From positions 138,344-202,343 of the forward strand of contig JBMYRB010000001.1 of NCBI GenBank assembly GCA_049601915.1: a stretch of DNA of 64,000 bases. Direction: 5' to 3'. This stretch comes from Alphaproteobacteria bacterium. GTDB lineage: Bacteria; Pseudomonadota; Alphaproteobacteria; UBA6615. Both the position numbers and the translations under genes were made by a program. Below are positions 30,344 through 41,487 of this stretch, in pieces. The first letter of the stretch is position 1; each line of letters opens with the position of its first letter. The notes below the pieces were generated by a model. The model ran no database searches, was not told where the DNA came from, and saw only the letters and a list, made by a program, of their open reading frames with translations.

Positions 30344-31618
30344 ATGCGTATTTTGGTTGTCGGTGGTGGCGGGCGCGAACACGCGCTGTGCTGGACAATC
30401 GCCGCCTCTCCGCTTTGCGATGCGCTGTACTGCGCGCCCGGAAATGCGGGCATCGCGCAGGACGCGGAATGCGTTGCGATTGCCGCCGATGACGTGAAGG
30501 GGCTTGTCGCATTCGCCACCGGGCAGGCCATCGATCTGGTCGTGGTCGGCCCGGAAGGACCACTGGTGCTGGGCCTTGTGGACAGATTGAATGCCGCAGG
30601 CATCAAGGCCTTTGGGCCGAACGCCGAAGCCGCAATGCTCGAAGGCTCCAAGGGGTTCATGAAGGATTTGTGCGCCCGGCACGACATCCCGACCGCCGCC
30701 TACGGCCGGTTCACGGACGCCGACGCGGCCAAGGCCTATATCCGCGAAAAGGGCGCGCCGATCGTGGTCAAGGCGGACGGGCTTGCCGCGGGCAAGGGCG
30801 TCACGGTCGCGCAAACCGTCGACGAGGCGCTTGACGCGGTGGACCAAGCGATGGGCGACAAGGCGTTCGGTGATGCCGGCGCCGAGCTCGTCATCGAGGA
30901 ATTCCTCCCCGGCGAGGAGCTGTCCTTCTTCGCGCTCGTGGACGGCGAAACGGCGTTGCCGCTCGCGGGCGCACAGGACCACAAGGCTGTCGGTGACGGC
31001 GATACCGGGCCCAACACCGGCGGCATGGGCGCCTATTCGCCTGCCCCATCTCTAACGCCGGCCCTCGAAGCCGAGGTGATGGAGACCATCATCGGGCCGA
31101 CCGTGCGGGGCATGGCTGCCGACGGCTACCCCTATCGCGGCGTGCTCTATGCCGGGCTCATGCTCGACGGCGGCAAACCAAAACTGCTCGAATATAACGT
31201 CCGGTTCGGCGACCCCGAATGCCAGGTGCTGATGATGCGCCTGCGCTCAGACATCGTGCCCGCGCTGGTCGCGGCGTGCGACGGCGCCCTGAAGAACTTC
31301 GATCTGCGCTGGTCCGACCAGGCCGCACTGACCGTGGTGCTGGCGGCGAACGGATATCCCGGGACCTACCACAAGGGAACGGAGATCCGCGGCCTCGAGG
31401 CCGCAGCAGCGACCGGCGCCACAGTGTTCCATGCCGGGACCGCAGCCGATGGCGACCGGGTGCTGGCAACCGGCGGGCGGGTTTTGAATGTAACTGCCGG
31501 CGGCAGCAACATTACATCGGCCCAGGCGAACGCCTATGCGGCGGTCGATGCCATCGACTGGCCCGAGGGTTTCTGTCGGCGAGATATTGGCTGGCGCGCG
31601 GTCGCACGGGAAAGCTGA
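30344..31618 (+). CDS. purD: phosphoribosylamine--glycine ligase
   Basis: [16 protein letters not shown]-terminus; 424 aa. Confidence 0.96.
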   Translation: MRILVVGGGGREHALCWTIAASPLCDALYCAPGNAGIAQDAECVAIAADDVKGLVAFATGQAIDLVVVGPEGPLVLGLVDRLNAAGIKAFGPNAEAAMLEGSKGFMKDLCARHDIPTAAYGRFTDADAAKAYIREKGAPIVVKADGLAAGKGVTVAQTVDEALDAVDQAMGDKAFGDAGAELVIEEFLPGEELSFFALVDGETALPLAGAQDHKAVGDGDTGPNTGGMGAYSPAPSLTPALEAEVMETIIGPTVRGMAADGYPYRGVLYAGLMLDGGKPKLLEYNVRFGDPECQVLMMRLRSDIVPALVAACDGALKNFDLRWSDQAALTVVLAANGYPGTYHKGTEIRGLEAAAATGATVFHAGTAADGDRVLATGGRVLNVTAGGSNITSAQANAYAAVDAIDWPEGFCRRDIGWRAVARES

Positions 31619-31629
31619 CAAAAGCCGCG

Positions 31630-32082
31630 TCAACGGCGCGCCGCGAAAAACGTCAGCAGGATTGCCGCACACTCACCCTCTTCGAGCCCACCGACAACTT
31701 CCGGGACATGGTTACAGGTCGGCTGGGTGAAGATGCGCGCGCCGTGTTCCACGCCGCCGCCTTTCGGATCATAGGCACCGAAAAACAGGCGCCGGACCCG
31801 GGCGAAGGCAATCGCCTGGGCGCACATGGCGCAGGGTTCCAGGGTCACATACAGATCGCAGTCGGTCAGCCGCGGCGTTGAGAGTTCGCGCGCGGCCATC
31901 CGGATGGCCAGCAACTCCGCATGGGCGGTCGGGTCGTTGTCCTGCTCGACGCGGTTACCGGCGACCGCCACGACCCGTGACGTTGTCCGGTCAACGATCA
32001 CGGCGCCGACCGGCACATCGCCGGTTGCCGCAGCCTCCCGGGCCGCGTCGAGGGCCCGATGCATGTAACGCGTGTCTTCCAT
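31630..32082 (-). CDS. tadA: tRNA adenosine(34) deaminase
   Basis: HAELLAIR and TLEPCAMCAQA zinc motifs. Start at MEDTRYMHRAL. Confidence 0.9.
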   Translation of the reverse strand: MEDTRYMHRALDAAREAAATGDVPVGAVIVDRTTSRVVAVAGNRVEQDNDPTAHAELLAIRMAARELSTPRLTDCDLYVTLEPCAMCAQAIAFARVRRLFFGAYDPKGGGVEHGARIFTQPTCNHVPEVVGGLEEGECAAILLTFFAARR

Positions 32083-32137
32083 GAGGCGGACGGTGCCCGC
32101 GAAAGCGCGAAATTGCAACGATGCGAGGGTGCCGCGT

Positions 32138-32863
32138 ATGGTGCGCGGCATGACAAAACCCGTGATCGGCATAACCCTCGATTCCGAAGATCCCGGCACT
32201 TACTCGAACATGCCGTGGTACGCGCTGCGTCAAAATTATGCCGACGCGGTGGTCGAAGCGGGCGGTGTGCCCCTGGCCCTGCCCCATGAACCCGAGCAGG
32301 CGAATGACTATCTCGATATTATCGACGGTCTGGTGATCACGGGCGGCGCGTTCGATGTCGACCCGTCGATCTTCGGCGCCGGCGAACGCCATCCAACGGT
32401 TGTCACCAAGGACCGCCGGACGGCGTTTGAGCTCGCCGCCACCCGCGGTGCTGTGGAACGCGACATGCCGTTGCTGGGGATCTGCGGGGGCCAGCAACTC
32501 CTGCATGTGGCCCTGGGCGGGACGCTGATCCAGCATATTCCCGACGAGGTTCCCGAGGCGCTGGCCCACGAGCAACCCAACCCGCGCGACGAACCCGGGC
32601 ATAGCATATCGGTCCTGCCTGACACCCTGTTGCACCGGATCGTCGGCGCCGATTCGCTTGACGTAAACAGCGCCCATCACCAAGCAGCCAAGGACACATC
32701 CGACGAGATGATCATCAATGCCGTGGCGCCCGACGGGGTAATTGAGGGCATCGAGGCGATCGGCAAGCGTTTCTGCCTGGGTGTCCAATGGCATCCGGAG
32801 TACAAGGTCTCGGCGGGCGACGGCGCTATTTTCCAGGCCTTTATCGACGCCTGCGATCCCTAG
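32138..32863 (+). CDS. gamma-glutamyl-GABA hydrolase-like class I glutamine amidotransferase (peptidase C26)
   Basis: GICGGQQLL nucleophile elbow and VQWHPE. The start is either 32138 or 32150. Confidence 0.82.
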   Translation: MVRGMTKPVIGITLDSEDPGTYSNMPWYALRQNYADAVVEAGGVPLALPHEPEQANDYLDIIDGLVITGGAFDVDPSIFGAGERHPTVVTKDRRTAFELAATRGAVERDMPLLGICGGQQLLHVALGGTLIQHIPDEVPEALAHEQPNPRDEPGHSISVLPDTLLHRIVGADSLDVNSAHHQAAKDTSDEMIINAVAPDGVIEGIEAIGKRFCLGVQWHPEYKVSAGDGAIFQAFIDACDP

Positions 32864-32893
32864 ATCAAAGACAGTCAGAGCCGGCATCAAGAC

Positions 32894-33625
32894 ATGAATT
32901 CCGACGCACCAAAGGGAGAGCGGATCGCCAAGGTCATTGCCCGGGCCGGCGTATCGTCACGCCGCGAGGCCGAGCGCTGGATCAATGACGGCCGCGTTAC
33001 ACTCGAAGGGCAGATCGTCGATTCACCCGCGCTCAATGTCGCCATCGATGCCGATATCCGCATCGATGGAAAACCGCTGCCCGCGCGCGACGCCGCCCGC
33101 CTGTGGCGCTATCACAAGCCCCAGGGGCGGCTGACGACCCATCGCGACCCCGAGGGCCGACCGACCATTTTCGATGCACTACCCCCGGAGCTCGCCAACG
33201 CCAAGCCGGTGGGTCGGCTGGACATGAACTCCGAGGGCTTGCTGCTGCTGACCAATGACGGCGAGCTCGCCCGGCGGCTGGAACTGCCGTCGACCGGGTG
33301 GCTAAGGCAATACCGGGTGCGCGTGTATGGCCGCATCGAGGACAAGGCGCTAGCGCGCCTCGAACGGGGAGTGGAAATCGACGGCACGCAATTCCGTCCC
33401 GCAAAGGCCACACTCGAAATACAGGTCGGCAGCAACGCCTGGCTGACCATCGCCATCCGCGAAGGCAAGAACCGCGAGGTCCGCCGGCTAATGGAGCATC
33501 TCGGCTACACGGTGAACCGGCTGATCCGGACGGGCTACGGTCCCTTCCAGCTGGGGAAGTTGCCGCGCGGCCATATCGAGGAAGTGTCTGCTAAGGTGAT
33601 CGCCGAACAGGTACCCCGCGCGTGA
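32894..33625 (+). CDS. rRNA pseudouridine synthase (RsuA/RluB family)
   Basis: S4 domain (ERIAKVIARAGVSSRREAE) plus VGRLDMNSEGLLLLTNDGEL. Confidence 0.88.
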   Translation: MNSDAPKGERIAKVIARAGVSSRREAERWINDGRVTLEGQIVDSPALNVAIDADIRIDGKPLPARDAARLWRYHKPQGRLTTHRDPEGRPTIFDALPPELANAKPVGRLDMNSEGLLLLTNDGELARRLELPSTGWLRQYRVRVYGRIEDKALARLERGVEIDGTQFRPAKATLEIQVGSNAWLTIAIREGKNREVRRLMEHLGYTVNRLIRTGYGPFQLGKLPRGHIEEVSAKVIAEQVPRA

Positions 33626-34200
33626 GATCGCAACCCGGGAGACTCCGCATCATCGGCGGCACCCACCGCGGGCGGCGGATCGAGATTCCGCCCGGGTCCG
33701 ATGCGCGGCCGACCGGTGACCGGGTCCGCGAGGCCCTGTTCAGCATCCTCGCCAGCGGCATCGGTGACGCGCCCGAAATCAACGGCGCACGCGTGCTCGA
33801 CGCCTGCGCGGGATCCGGCGCGCTGGGAATAGAGGCGCTGTCCCGGGGTGCAGCCCATGCGGTGTTTTTCGATATCGACCGTCCGGCAAGGGTACAGATC
33901 GGCGCCAGCCTGGACGCGCTGGGTCTCGGTGACCGCGCCGACGTCCACCGCACGGCAGACGCCACCAAACCACCGGCCGGCACGCCGTGCGACATCATCT
34001 TCCTCGACCCGCCCTATGACAGCGAGATCACACATACGGCGCCGGCTGCGCTGGCCGAATCAGGCTGGATCGTGCCGGGTGGGCTACTGGTCATCGAGAC
34101 TCGGCGCGGCACGGAGATCGACTGCGGCCCCGACTTCGAGACCGTCGACACACGCAGCTACGGCGACACGTCATTGCATTTTGTGATCTGGAAGAACTAG
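33622..34200 (+). CDS. rsmD: 16S rRNA (guanine966-N2)-methyltransferase
   Basis: RIIGGTHRGRRI and IIFLDPPY motifs. 4-nt overlap with the previous gene. Confidence 0.88.
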   Translation: MRSQPGRLRIIGGTHRGRRIEIPPGSDARPTGDRVREALFSILASGIGDAPEINGARVLDACAGSGALGIEALSRGAAHAVFFDIDRPARVQIGASLDALGLGDRADVHRTADATKPPAGTPCDIIFLDPPYDSEITHTAPAALAESGWIVPGGLLVIETRRGTEIDCGPDFETVDTRSYGDTSLHFVIWKN

Positions 34201-34201
34201 T

Positions 34202-36034
34202 TCAGCGTCGCCCGAACAGCCGCTCGATATCGGCCAGGTTCAGCTCGACATAAGTCGGGCGGCCATGATTGCACTGGCCCGCATGGGGGGTCACTTCCAT
34301 CTCGCGCAACAGCGCGTTCATTTCATGGCGATTGAGGCGCCGGCCCGCCCGGACACTGCCGTGGCAGGCCATCGTCCCGCAGACATCCTCCAGCCGCTCC
34401 TTGAGCGAATGGGCGGCACCGATCTCCGAGAGGTCGTCTGCCAGATCGCGAATCAGCCCGGCCACATCCGATTGCCCTAACAGCCCCGGGACCTCACGCA
34501 CCACGACGGCACCCGCCCCGAATTTCTCCAGCACCAGCCCGAGCTCGGCCAATTCTTCGGCACGTGATGCAAGACGATCGGCCGACGCCTCGTCCAGATC
34601 GATGACCTCGGGCAGCAACAGGCCCTGGCGGGAAACTCCGCCATTCGCAAGCTCGGCCTTCATGCGCTCATAGACGAGCCGCTCATGGGCTGCATGCTGA
34701 TCCACGATTACCAGGCCGTTATTCGTCTGGGACACGATGTAGGTCTCATGGAGCTGCGCTTGCGCCGCGCCCAGCGGATACTCCGCTTCCGGTGATACGT
34801 TATCGGGTTCCAATACCACGGCCACCGGCGCGGATTCGAGCCCCGGAAACGTGTCGCTGTTCGCGTGTTCCTGGAGTGCGAAATACTGGGCGGCCGCTTC
34901 GGCCAGACCCCGAGGCACCGGACCGCTCCCGCGCCCCGGTCCGCCGCCATATCCCGTGGGCGGCAGTCCCGGCGCCCCACCCGGCCGGAAGGCACCTAGT
35001 GCCGCATCGGCCACGGTGGTCGACGCCCGATGTCCGGCCGCCGCCAACGCGTGACGCAACACACCGACGATGAGTCCCCTGACCACGCCGGCGTCGCGAA
35101 ACCGGACTTCGGCCTTCGCCGGGTGGACATTCACATCGACCAGCTCGGGGTCGATATCCACGAACAGCGCCACCAGCGGATGCCGGCCCCGGGCGAGGAA
35201 ATCCTGATAGGCCCCACGCACCGCGCCGGTCAGAAGTCGGTCGCGCACGGGGCGCCCATTCACGAAGAGATACTGGTGCTTGGTCGTGTTGCGATTGAGT
35301 GTCGGCAACCCGGCATGCCCGGTCAGGTGAACGCCGTCGCGTTCGGCATCGATCGCCAGCGCGTTATCCGCGAAATCGCGCCCCATGACATCCGACAGCC
35401 GCCGCAAGCGCGTATCCTCACTGCCGCCGAGGTCTTCGGCCGCCGCGCTGGCAAAGCGCTCGCGTTCGCCATCACCAATGGAAAAACCGATCTCCGGATG
35501 GGCCATGGCGAGCCGCTGCACCGTGTCAACGGCGTGGTCCATTTCCGTACGCTCGGTTTTGAGGAATTTCAGCCGCGCGGGCGTCGCATAGAAAAGATCG
35601 CGCACCTCGACCCGCGTGCCGTTGGTCAATGGCGCGGGCTGCACCTCATGTACACGTCCACCCTCGACACGGATCTGCCATCCGTCGGCGTCGGCGGTCC
35701 GCGACGCGATCGACAACCGGCTGACCGACCCGATCGACGGTAACGCCTCACCACGAAATCCCAGTGTTTCGATATGAGTCAGGTCGTCATCCGGCAATTT
35801 CGACGTCGCGTGGCGTTCGACCGCAAGACCAAGTTCGTCTGCTGTCATTCCGCAGCCGTCATCGGTGACGGCGATCAGGGTTCGTCCCCCGTCGCGCAAC
35901 ACCACATCGATCCGGCGCGCACCGGCGTCGATGGCATTCTCGACCAGTTCCTTCGCGGCAGAAGCCGGACGCTCGATGACTTCGCCCGCGGCAATTTGAT
36001 TGACGATGGTTTCCGGCAGGCGCCGAATGGTCAT
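34202..36034 (-). CDS. mutL: DNA mismatch repair endonuclease MutL
   Basis: [29 protein letters not shown] ATPase N-terminus; 610 aa. Confidence 0.95.
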   Translation of the reverse strand: MTIRRLPETIVNQIAAGEVIERPASAAKELVENAIDAGARRIDVVLRDGGRTLIAVTDDGCGMTADELGLAVERHATSKLPDDDLTHIETLGFRGEALPSIGSVSRLSIASRTADADGWQIRVEGGRVHEVQPAPLTNGTRVEVRDLFYATPARLKFLKTERTEMDHAVDTVQRLAMAHPEIGFSIGDGERERFASAAAEDLGGSEDTRLRRLSDVMGRDFADNALAIDAERDGVHLTGHAGLPTLNRNTTKHQYLFVNGRPVRDRLLTGAVRGAYQDFLARGRHPLVALFVDIDPELVDVNVHPAKAEVRFRDAGVVRGLIVGVLRHALAAAGHRASTTVADAALGAFRPGGAPGLPPTGYGGGPGRGSGPVPRGLAEAAAQYFALQEHANSDTFPGLESAPVAVVLEPDNVSPEAEYPLGAAQAQLHETYIVSQTNNGLVIVDQHAAHERLVYERMKAELANGGVSRQGLLLPEVIDLDEASADRLASRAEELAELGLVLEKFGAGAVVVREVPGLLGQSDVAGLIRDLADDLSEIGAAHSLKERLEDVCGTMACHGSVRAGRRLNRHEMNALLREMEVTPHAGQCNHGRPTYVELNLADIERLFGRR

Positions 36035-37335
36035 GTCGCAACCTCGCTGGCCCCGTCCGCGAGCCGCTGGCGCACGCGCTCCTTGCCATCGTCGACGGCC
36101 GGTTGATCAAACGGATCGACCCCCACCATGAAGGCCGCCGTCAAGGTCTCCAGCATGAAGTGAACCATCAATGCCCCAAGAGCGGCCTCGTCGACACGAG
36201 CAACCTCGATCCGCCGCACCGGGCGGCCATGGGCGCACAAGCTATCAATCGTCGCCTCCTGCTCGGCCGCCAGCAAATCGCCCGTCGCCTGTCCGGCCAG
36301 ATACTCGGCACCCGCATGCTGCGCCAATTTCGGTGACACACGGTCTCCACGTCCGGCCAGCTGTTGGGTCACGATGGTAAACATCTTGTCCTTGGGTCCA
36401 TCCAGATACAGCTGCAGCTGGCTGTGCTGATCGACGGCGCCGAGCGCGTCGATGGGTGTCGTGCCATAGCCGTTCTTCCCCACGCTCTCGGCCCAGAGCT
36501 GGCGGTACCAGCGCGTAAACGGCGCGAGCGCATCCGCATAGGGCATCAGCACGTTCATGCGCGCTCCCTGGCTTTGCAGGAGCGCCAGCGACACGGCAGC
36601 CCCCAGGGCCGCAGGAACAGTTTCGACAGTATCTCCCGCCAGGTTTCGTTCCAGCGCCTCGCTGGCGCCGGCGCGTACCGCGGCAATGTCGATCCCCGCA
36701 AGTGCCGCTGGCAAAAGCCCGACAGCAGTGAGGGCCGAATAGCGGCCACCAATATCGACAGGGTGATCGATTGCCGGCACCCCCCAGAGTTCGGCCAGAC
36801 GACACAAGGGGTTGTCGCCCGGTTCGACGATGGCAACGCTGTAATCTGCGACCACTTCTGCCGCGCGGTGCTTGATCAACGTTGGCATAAGGGTCATCGC
36901 GAGCGCCAGCGTTTCGGCCGTGCCGCCAGATTTCGACACCAGGACAAGGCCCACACGCGCCATATCAACTGACGCGGCGAAACGCGCCACGGTCTCGGGG
37001 TCCGGATTGTTCAGAAAGCGGACATCCACCGGCGGCGTGAGCGCCAACGCACATAGGGCCTCGGCACCGAGGTTCGATCCGCCGACGCCCAGTACTGCCA
37101 CCGTGTCACAATGTGCCGACAGGCGCGCCGCCGCACCCTGAATCTCGGCGAGGTCATCTGATTGCTGGGCGATCGATGCTGCCGGGAACCCGCCCTCGGC
37201 GATGTCCGCACGCATCGCGCTCCAGACATCCCAAGCCGCAGCACGCGCTGCTTCCAACGCATCTTCGGTCAGGCCATCTTCACCGATGGAACCGGCCAAA
37301 CAGCCGCTGACATTCTGGGTATAGATTTCCGACAT
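36031..37335 (-). CDS. pgi: glucose-6-phosphate isomerase (short SIS-type)
   Basis: [19 protein letters not shown] and [14 protein letters not shown] motifs. Its stop overlaps the mutL start by 4 nt. Confidence 0.85.
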   Translation of the reverse strand: MSEIYTQNVSGCLAGSIGEDGLTEDALEAARAAAWDVWSAMRADIAEGGFPAASIAQQSDDLAEIQGAAARLSAHCDTVAVLGVGGSNLGAEALCALALTPPVDVRFLNNPDPETVARFAASVDMARVGLVLVSKSGGTAETLALAMTLMPTLIKHRAAEVVADYSVAIVEPGDNPLCRLAELWGVPAIDHPVDIGGRYSALTAVGLLPAALAGIDIAAVRAGASEALERNLAGDTVETVPAALGAAVSLALLQSQGARMNVLMPYADALAPFTRWYRQLWAESVGKNGYGTTPIDALGAVDQHSQLQLYLDGPKDKMFTIVTQQLAGRGDRVSPKLAQHAGAEYLAGQATGDLLAAEQEATIDSLCAHGRPVRRIEVARVDEAALGALMVHFMLETLTAAFMVGVDPFDQPAVDDGKERVRQRLADGASEVAT

Positions 37336-37461
37336 TTATGTTCCGTGTCCACGCCCGGATCGGCAGTCTGCGTCCACCGCCGGGCCAACGGCAATGGCGC
37401 ATATTGTGGACAAATCAGACGAGTCGGAGAACGCCCGACCTAATCGACGTCTCACCGGCAG

Positions 37462-38814
37462 CTAGCCGCCATCGGTCACGGTTCGCGTCGCCATAACCCC
37501 TTCGGGTTTACCGACCACGACAACCGTCAGCGCGGCCGGATCGAGGATTCGTTCCGCGACGCGGCGCACGTCCTCGAGCTGGACGTCCGCAATCAGATCG
37601 TTGCGGCGATTGAGGAATTCTATCCCGAGATCGCGAAACTGGACGGCGACCAAGGTGCCCGCGATCGCACCTGTATTGTCAAACCGCAGCCCGAAAGATC
37701 CGATCAGATTGGCCTTCGCCCGGTCGAGTTCGTCCTGGGAGATCGCGAATTTCTGCACGTTCGCCCACTGACCGCGGATCAGCTCGATCGATTGCGCGAC
37801 CGCGCCGTTCTTGGTTCCAGCACCACCCATCCACATCGCCGCGTTCTCGAGCGACAACAGATAGCTGAACACCGAATAGGCCAATCCTCGTTTCTCGCGA
37901 ACCTCGTCATAAAGCCGAGACGTGAAACTGCCGCCGCCCAGCACATGGTTCAGCACCAGAGCGGCGTAGTAATCCGGGTCGTCCCGCGTCACCCCACCAT
38001 GGCCGAACACAACCCGGCTCTGCGGATTGTCGCGCTCAACCACAATAACTTCACCGGCTCCGCCTGGCTCCGCCTGCGGGATCGTGAAGGCCTCCGCACG
38101 CTCGGGCAGTTCTCCGAAGGTCGTGTCGAGAAGCGTGCCGAGCTCCGCCGGCGAAACATCGCCCGCAACGCCAACAATCAGCCCACTGCGTGCCAGCCGG
38201 CGTGTGACGAATGTCCGCAGGTCCGTTTCCGTGATCGCTGCAACACTTTCAGGCGTTCCGGCGACGGGCCGGCTGTATGGATGGTCGCCGAACACAGTTT
38301 CACGGAACGTCTGCTGCGCGATCTGGTTGGGATTGTTCGCGCTCGCCGCGAGCCCGGTTAGAATCTGCGCCCGAATCCTGTCTACCGCCTGCGCGTCGAA
38401 GCGCGGCGAGGTCACGGCAAGCCGCAGAAGGTCAAACGCCTCATCGCGATTGCGGGTCAAGGTTTTGAGGTTGCCGGAGAAACCGTCGAGAGAGGCGGAA
38501 AATGATAAGGAGATCGACTGATCGGCCAACCGGCCCTGGAAGGTCTGTGAATCGAGTTCCCCGGCGCCCTCGTCGAGCAGACCGGACACCATATTGGCTA
38601 AACCCTCCTTGCCCACCGGGTCCGTCGCGGCCCCACCAGGAAACAGGAACCGCGCCGAGACGATCGGCAGCGAGTGATCTTCCAAAAGCCAGGCTTCGAT
38701 GCCGCCGGGACTGATCACCCGCTGTATCTCGAAGGCCTTAGCGGCCGCCGGAACCAACAACAGGGCGACGGCGAGCAGCACCATCGCGGGGGCGCGTGCC
38801 AGGGCAGACATCAT
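37462..38814 (-). CDS. M16 family peptidase, non-catalytic-type subunit
   Basis: Signal peptide and M16 fold, but no HxxEH at the motif position (GLANMVSGLLDEG). Confidence 0.85.
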   Translation of the reverse strand: MMSALARAPAMVLLAVALLLVPAAAKAFEIQRVISPGGIEAWLLEDHSLPIVSARFLFPGGAATDPVGKEGLANMVSGLLDEGAGELDSQTFQGRLADQSISLSFSASLDGFSGNLKTLTRNRDEAFDLLRLAVTSPRFDAQAVDRIRAQILTGLAASANNPNQIAQQTFRETVFGDHPYSRPVAGTPESVAAITETDLRTFVTRRLARSGLIVGVAGDVSPAELGTLLDTTFGELPERAEAFTIPQAEPGGAGEVIVVERDNPQSRVVFGHGGVTRDDPDYYAALVLNHVLGGGSFTSRLYDEVREKRGLAYSVFSYLLSLENAAMWMGGAGTKNGAVAQSIELIRGQWANVQKFAISQDELDRAKANLIGSFGLRFDNTGAIAGTLVAVQFRDLGIEFLNRRNDLIADVQLEDVRRVAERILDPAALTVVVVGKPEGVMATRTVTDGG

Positions 38815-40175
38815 GTTCGGCTATCCCCTTCGGCCGGCATCAGCACACCGGTGGTGGATCGGTTCTCATTGAATATTTCGCGGGCAGCTGCATTGACCTG
38901 CTCAACCGTGACCGCCCGAATCCGGTCGGGCCATGCCTCGACATCGGCGACCATCTGCCCTGACGCCAGGGCGGCCCCCAACACCCGTGCGGGGCCGGCG
39001 ACGCTGTCCCGGGCGAAGATCGCACTATCGATCAGGCGTTGCTTCGCGCGCTCAAGTTCGTCAGCGCTGACCCCGTTCTTGACCACGTTCGCAATCTGAT
39101 CGTCCATCGCCTCACGCACCGTTTCAACCGAGACGCCGGGGCGCGGACTGAACCAGACCCCAAACGTCGTGAGATCGAGGTTGCCCGGGGAATACCAGGC
39201 ACCGGCCGACGCCGCGAGCGACTGGTCGACGACGACCGAGCGATAAATCCGGCTCGTTGTACCGCCGCCGATAATCTCCGAGAGCAACTCAAGGGCATAG
39301 GCGTGCGCCGTGTCCCCCGCGACGTAACTGGGAGCGAGATACCGGCGCGACCAGGCGGGTTGATCGACACGCGCATCGCGCATCACAACCTCGCGCGGGG
39401 CGAGCTGTGGCGGCTCGGCCGAGCGGGTGCGCGGCGGCAACGGCTTCGGCGGAATCTTGCCATAGGTCTCCTGGGCGAGGCGAAACACCTCCTGCGGATC
39501 GACATCTCCGGAAACAACCAGGACCGCATTGTTGGGCGCGTACCAGGTCTCATAAAAGGATTCGAGGTCCGCGCGGCTGAGAATCTCGATCTCATGGGCC
39601 CAGCCGATAATGGGAAGACGATAGGGGTGGTTGAGCCAGGTCGCGGCCGCGACCTGTTCGGACAGAAGCGAGCGAGGATTGTTCTCGGTTCGTGACAGGC
39701 GTTCCTCGAGGATGACCCGTCGTTCGGGCTCGATGATCTCGTCTGTCAGAATAAGACCGGTCATACGGTCCGCCTCAAGCTCCATCATCAGGCCGAGATG
39801 CTGGGGCGAGATAGTCTGGAAGTATCCGGTGTAGTCCTGCGAGGTAAACGCGTTTTCGCGCCCGCCCAGATCGGCGATTATCTGCGAAAACTCTCCGGAC
39901 GCGCGTGTCTCGGTTCCTTTGAACATCAGATGTTCGAGATAGTGGGCAATGCCGGATTTACCCGCCGGCTCGTCGGCCGCACCGACCTTGTACCAGACCA
40001 TATGCGTGACGACGGGCGCACGATGATTTTCGATCACGGCGACCTGCATACCGTTGTCGAGTTCAAACGTCGTGGGATTGAAAACTTGCGCGTTTGCCAG
40101 GTTCGCGAATGACAGCAGAATCGCGGCCGGCAGTAGCAAAGCACGAAGAGCTCTCGAACAAGGGTTCCAGGTCAT
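38811..40175 (-). CDS. M16 family zinc peptidase (HxxEH present)
   Basis: HYLEHLMFKG inverted zinc motif. Start at MTWNPCSRAL (signal-like). 4-nt overlap with its partner. Confidence 0.88.
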   Translation of the reverse strand: MTWNPCSRALRALLLPAAILLSFANLANAQVFNPTTFELDNGMQVAVIENHRAPVVTHMVWYKVGAADEPAGKSGIAHYLEHLMFKGTETRASGEFSQIIADLGGRENAFTSQDYTGYFQTISPQHLGLMMELEADRMTGLILTDEIIEPERRVILEERLSRTENNPRSLLSEQVAAATWLNHPYRLPIIGWAHEIEILSRADLESFYETWYAPNNAVLVVSGDVDPQEVFRLAQETYGKIPPKPLPPRTRSAEPPQLAPREVVMRDARVDQPAWSRRYLAPSYVAGDTAHAYALELLSEIIGGGTTSRIYRSVVVDQSLAASAGAWYSPGNLDLTTFGVWFSPRPGVSVETVREAMDDQIANVVKNGVSADELERAKQRLIDSAIFARDSVAGPARVLGAALASGQMVADVEAWPDRIRAVTVEQVNAAAREIFNENRSTTGVLMPAEGDSRT

Positions 40176-40307
40176 TGGTTTCGTCCTCACGGGCAGCGCC
40201 TCTGGGTCGACAACAGATATGGCGCGCGATTTGTTTCCTGCAACGCCCAATACCGGCGATGCAGTCACTTTACCGCGACATTTGGCGTAATTGAGGCGAC
40301 CCGACGT

Positions 40308-40955
40308 CTAGAAGATGTCGAACAGGCCGTTGCGTGTCCGCGAGATGGTCGGCGTTTCGCCTTCCGCGGGCGAAATGCCGAGTGCCTGGTTCTCGCGCAG
40401 TCGACGCGCCTCGGACTCCGCATCGACCTCTTCGTCGATCGGGTCTTGTTTCAGACCCAGCAATTTGCGGACGAAATTCTGATTTTCCTCGGCCAGAATC
40501 GAGCTTTCCCGGTCAATCTGCGACCGGACCAGCGGGTCGGTTTCCAGCGCGCCTGCGCGTGACAGAAATGCTGATTCGCCCGCCGTCGAGCGCACCACAT
40601 CTGTGCGCGGTGCCGGTTGCGCTGCCGGTCCGGTCGTTCCGCGCACCGTGCGTTCATCGTCGTCACCGCGGAATACTGCCTGACGTGCCTGCTCGCGTGC
40701 CGAAACCGTGGTCAGGTCTTCCGCGCCGGGCCGCGGGGGACGCAGCTTGTAATCCGGCGGCTGCGAGAGTGGCGCTCGCGGCGCAACGGCGAATTCGTCG
40801 GGTGCGCTGCGCTGAAGTCCGAGTGCGCGTTTGGTCGAATCACCGCATGCAGCAAGCGTCATAGCGGCGACCATCAGCAAAACAATTCCTCGCGGCGTGC
40901 GGGCGATCCCGCCGGTGCGCGAGGGCGTTTGTGTCATGCCGGTCATATGCATCAA
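40308..40955 (-). CDS. DUF3035-like lipoprotein
   Basis: Lipobox LAACGDS followed by a low-complexity Pro/Arg/Glu-rich body. Usual position downstream of lspA in alphaproteobacteria. Confidence 0.7.
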   Translation of the reverse strand: MMHMTGMTQTPSRTGGIARTPRGIVLLMVAAMTLAACGDSTKRALGLQRSAPDEFAVAPRAPLSQPPDYKLRPPRPGAEDLTTVSAREQARQAVFRGDDDERTVRGTTGPAAQPAPRTDVVRSTAGESAFLSRAGALETDPLVRSQIDRESSILAEENQNFVRKLLGLKQDPIDEEVDAESEARRLRENQALGISPAEGETPTISRTRNGLFDIF

Positions 40956-41004
40956 ACCATTGCCTTGGTCTGCGTGGGTGTGAACAACGATTCCAAACCT
41001 AGCA

Positions 41005-41475
41005 CTATTTTAGCGAACGCGGAGAACCGAACAAGCCATCGTACAATAGCATCGCGGTCCCGAAGACGATGGTCATGTCCGCCACATTGAATGCCGGCCA
41101 GTGCCATCCAAACGCATGGATATCGATAAAGTCGACAACCGCACCATAAACCACCCGGTCGATCACGTTGCTCAACGCGCCGCCAATGACGAGGACAAGC
41201 GCGAAGCGAACGATCCCCTGCCCCGACCGCACCAGCCAGATAATGAGAAACACGACGATCACCAGTGCGAGCGCGACCAGAATCCATCGTGATGACTGCG
41301 CACCACCCAGCAGTCCAAAGCTGATCCCCCGGTTCCAGACCGGCACTAGGTTGAAGAAGGACGTGACGGAGATGATCGACGGCGGGTCGAAAACGAGACC
41401 CAGCATCACGCGTTTGGAGACTTGATCAACGGCGATCAGCACAACGACAAAGAGCAAGGCCCATCGCGGCATCAC
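41005..41475 (-). CDS. lspA: lipoprotein signal peptidase II
   Basis: 156 aa with 4 TM and FNLVPVWNRGISFG. Confidence 0.92.
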   Translation of the reverse strand: MMPRWALLFVVVLIAVDQVSKRVMLGLVFDPPSIISVTSFFNLVPVWNRGISFGLLGGAQSSRWILVALALVIVVFLIIWLVRSGQGIVRFALVLVIGGALSNVIDRVVYGAVVDFIDIHAFGWHWPAFNVADMTIVFGTAMLLYDGLFGSPRSLK

Positions 41476-41487
41476 AAACCCACCCGC

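Noticed and set aside
37336-37461. The 126-bp spacer between the M16 pair and pgi, examined for a terminator or sRNA.
   Set aside because: It has only a 5-bp GTCGG...CCGAC stem with a weak U-tract, which is insufficient.
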